Positions 42,711 through 55,173 of a stretch of DNA of 64,000 bases are shown here, piece by piece; position 1 is the stretch's first letter, and every line of letters starts with the position of its first letter. The stretch spans positions 157,852,001 through 157,916,000 of the forward strand of contig NC_042998.1 of assembly GCF_006345805.1 (NCBI RefSeq), read 5' to 3'. A model generated the notes under the pieces. That model saw only the letters and a list, made by a program, of their open reading frames with translations, did not search any database and was not told the origin of the DNA. This DNA is from Octopus sinensis. Its lineage: Eukaryota. The position numbers and the translations under genes are program-made.

Positions 42711-45122
42711 AACCTGGGAGAGACGATATATACGAGGCGACTGTATCAATGCCTCGGAATATCTGTCTTAAAATTTTCAAGACCAACGCATTCGCGCCAA
42801 ACTTATCGGCAGCAAATATAAACTGCCGATTCAATCTCAGAATTAGTCAGAAATTATCAATTAATCAATTTAGGGTAGCAAAAAATTCAGTAAAATTTAT
42901 CGCTACCAGCGGCCTAATGGAAAAGAGAAAATAGTCAAAGACTAAATATGTATAAATATAACAATTTAGGAATGGCCTAGACAGGCCATTCGTCCACTAG
43001 AAGAGCAGCCATACTCCAACTCCAACCGCCAAGTAGTGTAATTCGGAAATAAGGTGAAAATTTAAAAACATTTACCCTAATTCATCTTTTATACGATGCA
43101 TCGTTTCAGGTCTTTAATGATAGACCAGCTTAATAAATTAAATTAGCTAGTCTACCATAGGTCACACTTCATCAGTAAAAGAAACCTGGGAGAGACGGAT
43201 ATATACGAGGCGACTGTATCAAGCCTCGGGAATATCTGTCTTAAAATTTTCAAGACCAACGCATTCGCGCCAAACTTATCGGCAGCAAATATAAACTGCC
43301 GATTCAATCTCAGAATTAGTCAGAAAATTATCAATTAATCAATTTAGGGTAGCAAAAAATTCAGTAAAATTTATCGCTACCAGCGGCCTAATGGAAAAGA
43401 GAAAATAGTCAAAGACTAAATATGTATAAATATAACAATTTAGGAATGGCCTAGACAGGCCATTCGTCCACTAGAAAGAGCAGCCATAACTCAACCGCCA
43501 ACGCCAAGTAGTGTAATTCGGAAATAAGGTGAAAATTTAAAAAACTTTACCCTAATTCATCTTTTATACGATGCATCGTTTCAGTGTCTTTAATGATAGA
43601 CCAGCTTAATTAAATTAAATTAAGCTAGTCTACCATAGGTCACACTTCATCAGTAAAAGAAACCTGGGAGAGACGGATATATACGAGGCGACTGTATCAA
43701 TGCCTCGGGAATATCTGTCTTAAAATTTTCAAGACCAACGCATTCGCGCCAAACTTATCGGCAGCAAATATAAACTGCCGATTCAATCTCAGAATTAGTC
43801 AGAAATTATCAATTAATCAATTTAGGGTAGCAAAAAATTCAGTAAAAATTTATCGCTACCAGCGGCCTAATGGAAAAGAGAAAATAGTCAAAGACTAAAT
43901 ATGTATAAATATAACAATTTAGGAATGGCCTAGACAGGCCATTCGTCCACTAGAAAGAGCAGCCATAACTCCAACCGCCAAGTAGTTGTAATTCGGAAAT
44001 AAGGTGAAAATTTAAAAACATTTACCCTAATTCATCTTTTATACGATGCATCGTTTCAGTGTCTTTAATGATAGACCAGCTTAATTAAATTAAATTAAGC
44101 TAGTCTACCATAGGTCACACTTCATCAGTAAAAGAAACCTGGGAGAGACGGATATATACGAGGCGACTGTATCAATGCCTCGGAATATCTGTCTTAAAAT
44201 TTTCAAGACCAACGCATTCGCGCCAAACTTATCGGCAGCAAATATAAACTGCCGATTCAATCTCAGAATTAGTCAGAAAATTATCAATTAATCAATTTAG
44301 GGTAGCAAAAAATTCAGTAAAAATTTATCGCTACCAGCGGCCTAATGGAAAAGAGAAAATAGTCAAAGACTAAATATGTATAAATATAACAATTTAGGAA
44401 TGGCCTAGACAGGCCATTCGTCCACTAGAAAGAGCAGCCATAACTCCAACCGCCAAGTAGTGTAATTCGGAAATAAGGTGAAAATTTAAAAACATTTACC
44501 CTAATTCATCTTTTATACGATGCATCGTTTCAGTGTCTTTAATGATAGACCAGCTTAATTAAATTAATTAAATAGCTAGTCTACCATATGTCACACTTCA
44601 TCAGTAAAAGAAACCTGGGAGAGACGGATATATACGAGGCGACTGTATCAATGCCTCGGGAATATCTGTCTTAAAATTTTCAAGACCAACGCATTCGCGC
44701 CAAACTTATCGGCAGCAAATATAAACTGCCGATTCAATCTCAGAATTAGTCAGAAAATTATCAATTAATCAATTAATCACCTTATTTCCGAATTACACTA
44801 CTTGGCGGTTGGAGTTATGGCTGCTCTTTCTAGTGGACGAATGGCCTGTCTAGGCCATTCCTAAATTGTTATATTTATACATATTTAGTCTTTGACTATT
44901 TTCTCTTTTCCATTAGGCCGCTGGTAGCGATAAATTTTTACTGAATTTTTGCTACCCTAAATTGATTAATTGATAATTTTCTGACTAATTCTGAGATTGA
45001 ATCGGCAGTTTATATTTGCTGCCGATAAGTTTGGCGCGAATGCGTTGGTCTTGAAAATTTTAAGACAGATATTCCCGAGGCATTGATACAGTCGCCTCGT
45101 ATATATCCGTCTCTCCCAGGTT

Positions 45123-45223
45123 TCTTTTACTGATGAAGTGTGACCTATGGTAGACTAGCTTAATTTAATTTAATTAAGCTGGTCTATCATTAAAGACACT
45201 GAAACGATGCATCGTATAAAAGA
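45123..45223 (+). ncRNA. Type I hammerhead ribozyme (476-bp unit, inverted copy)
   Basis: Stem I TCTTTTA/TAAAAGA; CTGATGA 45130-45136; stem II AGTGT/ACACT plus 18-bp hairpin; GAAA 45201-45204; stem III palindrome ACGATGCATCGT; GTA cleavage after 45216. Confidence 0.9.
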
Positions 45224-45341
45224 TGAATTAGGGTAAATGTTTTTAAATTTTCACTTATTTCCGAATTACACTACTTGGCGGTTGGAGTTATGGCTGCTCT
45301 TTCTAGTGGACGAATGGCCTGTCTAGGCCATTCCTAAATTG

Positions 45342-45410
<69 letters not shown>

Positions 45411-46220
45411 CGAGAGAGAGAGAAAGAGAGAAAGAAACAGATAGAGGTAGGGAGGTTAGGAGAGAGAGAGAGAAAGAAAGAGAAATATTGATAGATAGCT
45501 ACACATAAATGCAAAAATGGTAAAAATGAAATTGAGTATGCTTATTTCTTAGTATTTGAACTGTTATCTTCGCAATTAATCCAGTACAACCCTTAAACAA
45601 GTAAATAGTATTTTCCTAAACAATAGATACACTTATTTCGGTTAGTGACGTATTCATGAATATACGAACACTAACGCCCCAGAGGGTAATATTCGCTGGG
45701 AACGCGCAAAAGCTCTTTTCAGAGTTATTTACTTTGAATTGTTATTATCTGTTACCTAATTAGCCTGTTATTACGTAACATGCTTCACGATTTGGGATAG
45801 ATACCTTAGTATTTCCCGCTATGTTCTATATGCTCTGGGAACGCATTAAATCCCTTTCCATGGCTACTTTATTTGAATTCTTACTATTGGGTAATTAATT
45901 ACGTGATATTGCATAACTGGTTTCACAATTTGGGTATTCATAACTTATTGGGAATTCCTAAACACAAGATCCTGCGTAAGACAGTTTGGTATTCTGTGTA
46001 AATGCACAAAAACCGTTTTAAGGGCAACATACTTTGCTTCCCCGGGAATTACCGGGTACGTATGCATGTATGTATGTTCGTATATTATAGTCTTCACGAG
46101 GTCACATATATATAAACGCGCACACACAGATAGCCACACGAACAAGGAAAAACCAAAAGATAACCACTCTGACTCAAGGGTTTAAAGTATATATTTACAT
46201 GTATATTGATGCAGAGTGTT

Positions 46221-46266
<46 letters not shown>

Positions 46267-46690
46267 GCGTGTGTGTGTGCGTGTGTGTGTGGATGTATGC
46301 ATACGTTTAGTTTTAAATGTAGGAAAGACTACTCAATACTATAGTAGTTACTGATATTTTCTTCAGTCACTTACTACACTGAATGTCGCCTACAAGTAAA
46401 AAGACTCTTTAGGAAAGTTATATATACAAATACATACATGCATACATACACACACATATTTACATTAAGGCAAAGGAAGACATCAGAATTTTGTGCATAT
46501 TTTTATTTAACGCCTTCATCTCGTCTTAGAAATTCTTCTTGAATCTCTGAAACGTGTTGAAAGTGTTAAACGAAAAATCATCCAACATTCTCATTATGCT
46601 CCTCTTTCTTGAATTATAAAATCTTTACACCATTTCAAACAATCCTATATGTATACATACATACATACATACTACATACATACATAATGG

Positions 46691-46740
<50 letters not shown>

Positions 46741-47390
46741 GTGAAATAGAAAGATGAATAATCTTGTAGTAGATTAATCAAAAGTTTAACCGATACTTAG
46801 TAGCAAAAATCACAGCAGTGAACAGCACGGTTGGAGGTACAAACATCTGGCGTTGCAACCGTGCGTTGTGTGCGGATAATTGAAATTAAAACATTATTGG
46901 TGAATTGAAGAAATGGAGCTGAACGCAGATTGAACAGAAATCGTTTTATTTCATTCTACACGTGTTTCGGAAAGGCACAAAATTACCAAAATCCGATTGA
47001 ATAATGGGACCATATTGTGTCTTCTCTTCAGGAAGAAAAAAGGAAATCCGTTGGAAAAACAAAAACAGAACAGAGGCAGAGCAAAAAACAAATCGAACTG
47101 TGCTCCTAAGAGCCCATGGCGAAACTGTTTATCTGATAAACAGTTTAACTGATAAACAGTTTCGCCATGGGCTCTTAGGAGCACAGTTCGATTGTTTTTG
47201 CTCTGCCTCTGTTCTGTTTTTGTTTTTCCAACGGATTTCCTTTTTCTTCTGAAGAGAAAGACACAATATGGTCCCATTATTCAATCGGATTTTGGTAATT
47301 TGTGCCTTTCGAAACACGTGTAGAATGAAATAAAACGATTTCTGTTCAATCTGCGTTCAGCTCCATTTCTTCAATTCACAATAATGTTTT
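46741..47390. repeat. (TA)n-flanked fold-back insertion (arms 46888-47133 and 47150-47390)
   Basis: Arms are near-perfect reverse complements; extra unique 46741-46887. Confidence 0.95.
47243..47330 (+). ncRNA. Type I hammerhead ribozyme (mirror copy on minus strand in left arm)
   Basis: CTGAAGA 47249-47255; stem II GAAAG/CTTTC plus CACAA/TTGTG; GAAA 47311-47314; palindrome ACACGTGT; GTA cleavage after 47322; stem I TTTCTTC/GAA(T)GAAA complete in the left-arm copy. Confidence 0.8.
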
Positions 47391-48936
47391 ATAATATATA
47401 TATATATATATAATATATATATATATATATTATATATATATATATATACATGTATATATTATGTATATATATATATAAAGTTAATCCAAACAAGAAAACA
47501 AAAAGACAACAACGCAAGGATGTGGAATAAATAAAGTATTATTGGACGCTCAGGAAAGAAGGGAAGAAGGAGGGCATGACGTTTCGAGCGGAGCTCTTCG
47601 TCGGAAACATAGGAGAAAGAAAGATCCCGAGACGAGAGGACAGAGGAAAAAATTGCAGGTAGTCTTCACGAGGTCACATACTAAAAAGACGAAAGTGGTA
47701 AAAAAGGAGGAAAATGTTTTTAAAAACAAGAGAGCTGAATCAAAGAAAGAATGGTAAAAAAGGTGTGCGAGATGACAAGGGTGTGTGTGTGTGTGTGTGC
47801 GTGTGTGTGTATGTGTGTGTATGGTGGACAATGGCTTGTAGCCGGCAGTAGTAGAATTAAAGGAGTGGTGTGTGGGGTAGCCTAGCAAGTCAGAAACAGG
47901 GAGGTATGTGTGTGTGCGTGTATATGTATCGTATGTGTGTTTTGTTGTAGTATGTTTGTGTACGTGTGCGTTTTTTGTGTGTATGGCGAGTAACTGTGCT
48001 TAACTTAGAGTATGTGTAAGTGTGTGTTTGTACGTGCGTGTGTGTGTATATATGCGTATGTATAATTGTGTGCGTGTATGTATGGTTGCGTGCCGTATGG
48101 GATGTATGTGTGGGTTCATTTGTGTGTGTGTGCGTGTGCGATGACTGGGTACACACATTAATATATATATGTATATATATAACGGGAAGCTTTATGAAAA
48201 TAGACAAAAGACGAAGGCAGGTGGAAAACAAACAAACAATTGTATTAGTATGGCGCTCAGGAAATATAAATAAAACAAGTATTTAACGTTTCGAGCCTAC
48301 GCTCTTCAACAGAAAGATACACAGAGAGAAAAAAAACACAGAAAGAAGGAGAGAAAAAAATGCGTGCAGTAACTAACGAATCAACATGGCGATCTGATTT
48401 CGGCCAGAAGTCAAAGATCAAACATGAGACGCGAGAGCGAAATTAGGGGAGATAATAGGGTTGATAATAGGGTTGAATGACCAGCTCCAACATAAGGGTG
48501 TGTGTGTGTGTGTGTGTGTGTATGAGAGAGTATTAGTGCGTATGAGAGGTCTGGACGTGTGTATGTATAGGGTTGGTGTATGTATTAGTATGTATTAGTA
48601 TGTATAAGGGTGTGTGTGTGTGTGTGTGTGTGTATGAGAGAGTATTAGTGCGTATGAGAGGTTTGGACGTGTGTATGTATAGGGTTGGTGTATGTATTAG
48701 TATGTATTAGTATGTATTAGTATGTATTAGTACGTATTAGTATGTATTAGTTGGTGTATGTATTAGTATGGCACATCATATATGATGTGATGTGTAAAGT
48801 CGTGTGGTGTAGTGTGGAGAGAGGAGAAGAGGGGGAGGGGGGAGAAGAGGGGAGGAGAGGAGGAGGGGGAGAGGGGGAGAGAGAGGGGGAGAAATATATA
48901 TATATGTATATGTATATATATATGTATATGTATATA

Positions 48937-48970
<34 letters not shown>

Positions 48971-49289
48971 AGAAATATTGAGTTTCTAAATCTCTCGTAG
49001 AGAGGTGTACGGTGGTGGAGCGATATAATGGTTGTATACTGTCAATCTAACAAGAACGTGACAGTAGGGGGTACACCACCGTTATATAGCCCTAGGAGGC
49101 ATCGAACGCCTCCTGACAGCTTCGACACATTTTATCCCGTGTCCTTATATACACATATTCGTATGTGTATATAAGGACACAGGATAAAATGTGTCGAAGC
49201 TGTCAGGAGGCGTTCGACGCCTCCTAGGGCTATATAACGGTGGTGTACCCCCTACTGTCACGTTCTTGTTAGATTGACAGTATACAACC

Positions 49290-49295
<6 letters not shown>
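48971..49295. repeat. (TA)n-flanked fold-back palindrome (arms 49025-49157 and 49162-49295, loop TTCG)
   Basis: Reverse-complement arms with two substitutions; no hammerhead core found. Confidence 0.92.
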
Positions 49296-49337
<42 letters not shown>

Positions 49338-49562
49338 TATATATTAATGTGTGTACCCAGTTATCGCACACGCACACACACACAAATGAACCCACACATA
49401 CATCCCATACGGCACATAATCATACATACACACACATACACACACACGCACACACTCACACACACACCCATGTCATCTCGCAGACCTTTTTTACCATTCC
49501 TTCTTTGATTCAGCTCTCTTGTTTTTAAAAACATTTTCCTCCTTTTTTACCACTTCCGTCTT

Positions 49563-49590
49563 TGTGTTTTGGAGGTGATATAGTTACCAT

Positions 49591-49660
<70 letters not shown>

Positions 49661-49717
49661 TATATATATATTATATTATATATATATATATGGTAACTAT
49701 ATCACCTCCAAAACACA
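49563..49717. repeat. Perfect 27-bp inverted repeat enclosing a (TA)n tract
   Basis: TGTGTTTTGGAGGTGATATAGTTACCA .. TGGTAACTATATCACCTCCAAAACACA. Confidence 0.95.
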
Positions 49718-50149
49718 TTTCATTTCTCCTTGGAATTATATCTGTATATGAGAACGCATGGCCTAGTGGTTTGCATGTTACACTCACTATCGCGAGATTG
49801 TGGTTTCAGTTCCTAGACAGGGTGTTGCATTGTATTCTTGAGCAATATACTTCATTTCACGTTGCGCTGAGATCATTTCTGCGACGTGTGGTATAAAGAT
49901 TGGTGACATCAAAACTTGTTAGTATAGTACCTTCTGCGACACTGGCTAGGATGTGGTGAATGAAATCTATGCCACCCTGTATATAACTAGGTATTAAAGG
50001 GCACAAGGGTATTAGGAGTATATCTAAAAAAATGGCTTGCTTGTTGTGTGGTGCTTGAGGCCCAATAACTATTGGTCTTATTTTGAGATCAGCAGGCCTT
50101 AGTATTTTTATATATTGGTCCTTCAGCCTATTTATGGCACTTTGTATTC

Positions 50150-50490
50150 CGGAGCTTTTTGTGGATTTGGTGTAATCCGTAATAATTGCTCCCTTTGATT
50201 ATAGAATTCTATAAGTCGGAGGAGGTGGCGGTTGAAATGTTCAATATCAGATTTCAGTTCAATGAGATTAGGGGGGGGGGGTGTCAGGGTAAACTGGAAA
50301 CCTTTTAATAGGAAGTTCATCTCATTCTTGTTGAGGTTTCTATTTGATAAATTTATGATCTTCGGGTCTACGTGTTCTGTGTGGTCATAAAGATTTTGTG
50401 TTGTGCCGGGTCTGGTGTCTGATTGTGGTATTTTCTCCTTGAAAAGGAATTGGGTTACCGTGTTTCCATTTTCTGATTTTGGGGTTCTGG
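50150..50490 (-). mobile_element. Penelope-like element N-terminal coding fragment
   Basis: IINLSNRNLNKNEMNFLLKGFQFTLTP..ELKSDIEHFNRHL matches the PLE N-terminal pattern V/INLS..L..E..LL.KG..F.P.. Confidence 0.7.
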
Positions 50491-50512
50491 TTATACACAC
50501 ACACACACACAC

Positions 50513-50560
<48 letters not shown>

Positions 50561-51113
50561 TTTATAAAAATAGGGTAAAGTAAAATAATTTACTTTACCA
50601 CACACCGAGCTTTTTAGAAATAGCAGCCAAATAATTTGGCTATTTCTTCTCCTGCAAGAAAAAGTCTCCCAGACAATGCATACTCAGAAATAACTCACAT
50701 AGGTATAAGGGGAAAATACGTATATATATATATACGTATTCTTTATGTTCGTCTATATGAAACGGTTTTGAGTGCACTCATAAAAAGCCCCTATGCTATA
50801 TCTTCCGGTTATCACATTATGGGGAGTATATTAGACTGGCGACGCTTAATATTGGATGAATAAAGTAATAACTAGAAACTTTAATGCGTTGCTTCGTTAG
50901 TTTCAACATAGCTCATGCTTTAGTTGTTGCATTCTCCATCTGTAGGACATTACAAATATGATTTGCAGACTTTGTTGCTTCCCGACACATGATTCCGGTA
51001 TCAATAGCACTGTGCCGCACTTGGGCAAGTGTCAGCTTCAGCAGCCTCAGGCGACCAAAGCTTTCAGAGTGGATTTAGCAAGCAGAAACTTGGAAAAGTC
51101 CTTCGTATACACA

Positions 51114-51185
<72 letters not shown>

Positions 51186-51265
51186 TTCGGATATATATGT
51201 GTGTGTGTGTGTGTACGTGTGTGTATGTGTGTATTTAAAAGTATATATATATATGTTTATAAAAG

Positions 51266-51298
<33 letters not shown>

Positions 51299-52237
51299 GA
51301 TGCAAAAGGTGAGAGAGAGAGAGTAAAAAGATTATATGTCATAGAAGTAAATATAAGATGTAATCTTACATGTAGTGGTATATATTTATACGATTATTAT
51401 CCCAATATTTATCTTTGTCTCAAGAAATAAGAGAATAGGTCAGAGCAGTAAATATATTGTCTAGTAACATAAACCAGGACAAAAACCATATGCGCCGAAA
51501 GCTTTGTAATGGAAACTTTCCATTTTTGTGATCGATGTAAGTTGCTGTAGGATTATTAATGTATGACTAGTAATGTGTAATGTCTCGTTGTACATTTAGG
51601 CGAAGCTTCACCTCGTCTTTAACGAATAAATCGGGATGATGTAAATACATAGATATGCTGTCAAAGATAGTGAACGATAAAGAATTTTTAAAAAAGAGAT
51701 CTAATGCTGGTGATATAGAAAAGAAGGAGACGAAAGAGGCAGGATCATGACGGATGAAATAATAAAAGGGCAAACAGGCAAAACACCCCTTGCAAAAAGA
51801 TTTGATATGATATAGTGGGAAAATAATAAGGATTGATAATATAAATGGAAAAAAAGAAAATCAATATCGAATGCCGAGACATTGTTACATACTTCAGCAC
51901 ACATAGATATGTGTGTGTGTGCAAGCTTGTGCATACATATATGTGTGTACGTATATATGTATACACGTATTCATGTATATGTGTGTTTGTGTGTGTGTAT
52001 GCATTAATGTAGACACCTAAGTTTTTTATCTGTTACTTATTATACTTTACTTGTTTCAGTCATTAGACTGCGGCCATGCTGGGGCACTGTCTCGAAGAAT
52101 TTTGTGGAATGTATTCTAACGTACATTTTTGCCTAACCGCTAAACTACGAGATATAAGCACACCTGCACTAGTTATCAAGTGTATGGACAAACATTGACA
52201 CAAAGACACACACAAACACAGACACACAGACACAGAG

Positions 52238-52292
<55 letters not shown>

Positions 52293-52384
52293 TACACACG
52301 CATGGTCTTCTTTTAGTTGAAATGAAGATAATACTTAGACGAAAATTGTTCAGTGTTCATGCTTAGATGCACATATACATACAC

Positions 52385-52444
<60 letters not shown>

Positions 52445-53987
52445 TATGCACATATACATACGCCTTCACACACGCACGTCCAGGTATATGGGTATATACA
52501 TACAACTAGATACACGTATGGACGGAACTGATATATGCAGGTACAAAAATAGACAAACCGTGAAGTACATAGATGGTATGATACTTACATAGACAAATTT
52601 ATATCTCGCAACTGTTTACTATCATCATGTTAAAATAGATGAAAAACGCGTCAACTTATTTAAACAAATAATATTTGAAAACAACAAAAGAATATATAGT
52701 ATTTGTACAAATAAAACTTCACTCTCAGGTAATGTTTTAAAGAAAATCAATAAAACTACTCAGAGTAATGATAACAATGTCCATTATTATACTTTATTTG
52801 CATATTTGTTTAGTATCTATTTATGGCAGAAAGAATGAATAAAAGAAAGAATATTCTTGTGTGTGTAGTACGAAAATTCAAAAAGAAATTAATTAAATAT
52901 ACAAGTTTAAGTAAATAATAAATTTAGTTTTAGATCTGAGAGATGTCCTCCAGGGAATCATTACTTTCAAGTTTCGAAAATGACCTTTTCGCTATTATCA
53001 GAGTCATTATGTTGTTTTTACAAATGAATAATATTCAACAAATTTTAAGAATAGAATAAAAGACAGCTATCAGTCTAAGCATATACAGTTAAATTGAAAG
53101 AAATTGATAAGTTAAATTAGGGAAACAAAAAAAAATAACGCGTCATCTTAAAATAATGAGTGCGTACCGAAACTGGCACTGGGTATTTAAATGAAATTAT
53201 CAAATATCTTAGAACCCCTTAAATCTAGACACTCTTATTTACACTTAAGATGATGCAGATCTTAACAAAAATTATTCAAGTTGTTTAATCAATCGCATAA
53301 AATTAAACATACGTAGAATTAGTAAAATTATTCGTGTTTGGATAATACCTAAAACCAAAGGCCGAACTCTGCTACAGAAGAAGTCATTCAAACCAAGAAA
53401 CATCTTAAGTAAACAAAATACTAAATATCTGCAATATGAACCTACTGTTTCTATTTAAGGCAATAAAATTTACGAAGCCAATCACACATATATAATGAAT
53501 AATTAGTAATTTAGATTTTTGTGTAAACCAGGATTTTATGGATGTAAAAGTTTACCAGAACACTTTTCTTGTATGGGGGCTAGTGACCAAGTTTATGTAT
53601 TGACCTAATCGGACTTTCATTACTATTTGAACTCGGTGAGCAAATTCCGTTGTCCAAGATTTGTGTACCTATTAAATGACTCATTATCTCTTATTGTAAT
53701 CCACAAACAACGGTTAGAATTCGTGTGGATTTTCATATTAAAATTATTAATTTCTGCCAAGTTAGACACATCTTATTGTTATCAACTCCACGAGGGTTAA
53801 CAGTCTAGATGTAACATTGGATGCTAATGTTCTCTACAGACGCTATCATAAACACAACGAGATATTACTTTATTTAAATAGATCGTCTAACCATCTCTAT
53901 AAACTAGTTAAAGATGTGTCTATCTATTGAACCTACAAACACCATATAGTACTAGATTGTGCCATCCTATTTATTATTATTATTATT

Positions 53988-54507
53988 GAGTGAAAGAGCA
54001 GTGCATGCCATCAAGGGGATACTGGGGTAAAATATACGAAGCCCAGTATACCTATCATGACTATCCGTCTGATAAGAGTACACCAATAACATGCATCACA
54101 AACATGTGTGCGCGACACAGTGATCCCATATGAAGATAAACAGCATATGACCTTACAGGTGGGGCTCAGTTAGAATTTTCTTCAAGTTGAGTAGCCCATC
54201 CCGCTCAAAAGGTCTCTGAATACGTGTTGTTTAAGGATATTGAACATAGCACCCATGTTTCCCGGGGTGAATTATTTAAATGCCCCCAAATTCCTCTCAA
54301 CAAATGGCTATGACGCACCCCAATACTTCTGCTCGTGATCAGAGCCGGCAAAGGGCATGCTTCACTGGTTACGGTCAAACAACTGATGAGCATATTTGTG
54401 GTACTGAGAAGAACATTTATTGTCGCCTATCTTTTATACTCAGACAAAACACGGACATGATAATGAGATCACCATGTCGCGCATATATGGTCGTGATGCA
54501 TGTGCAT
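53988..54507 (-). mobile_element. TAA-associated element copy with a short inverted segment (54463-54507)
   Basis: Homology to 35340-35873; last ~45 nt are an internal piece in opposite orientation. Confidence 0.8.
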
Positions 54508-54516
54508 ATTATTATA

Positions 54517-54552
<36 letters not shown>

Positions 54553-55112
54553 GAGTAGTCTTATTTTTATCACGTGATTTCACTGCACTACCAAGATCAG
54601 CTCTGTGTACCTTGGTTATGTGCTGTGGTTTGTTGTGGTGCCCTTATGTTTTATGTAGGATGTGTGCAGTGCCTCGTAGTACAATTTTCTGTTATTTATG
54701 TTATATATACTTGTAAGTCCTGGTGTTTTTGTTATGTATTTGTCAGAATGTTTTTTATCATACCCAATGTGCCTTCTATAATAGGAATTGATTATTTAGT
54801 TTTTATCTGCATGTTTGTCACAATCACTTGCCGAGACTCACCCAGCGTCTTACGGCAAGTGAAGGATAGGAGATGTTATAGTATGACTGAGAGCTTGGGG
54901 GAGGGAAGCGGCATGGGTAGTAGCAAAATATGTCCATGTAATACATATACATTTAAATTGATAGGGTTTTTCTAGGGACGTGGGCAGTACTTGCCAGCTG
55001 AATCTTTAGCGTTTCTCTGAGACATGGCTCTCCTGGGATATTATCTATCTGCTTCTGACATCTATTTCTTATCATACCTAGGGCACCCACAATAACAGGA
55101 ACAGTTCTCGCT

Positions 55113-55173
<61 letters not shown>

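Larger units (their letters stand above)
42391..45347. repeat. ~476-bp tandem array with internal inversion, embedded in (TA)n
   Basis: Unit starts at 42391, 42862, 43336, 43814, 44289 and 44766 (5 units), then ~1.2 reverse-complement units 44777-45347; (TA)n on both flanks. Confidence 0.97.

Noticed and set aside
42391-47390. Pure sequencing or assembly fold-back artefact
   Set aside because: Not excluded, since indel-type differences show imperfect polishing. Disfavoured because an artefact would not select hammerheads with one polarity five times.
47575-47610. Hammerhead-like CCGACGAAGAGCTCCGCTCGAAACGTC (minus); similar TTGAAGAGCGTAGGCTCGAAACGTT at ~48275-48300
   Set aside because: Core deviates from CUGANGA and stem I does not pair; at best degenerate or variant.
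49745-49900. tRNA gene (TGGCCTAGTGG A-box, GGTTTCAGTTCC B-box-like)
   Set aside because: No full cloverleaf; it continues into SINE-like body sequence.
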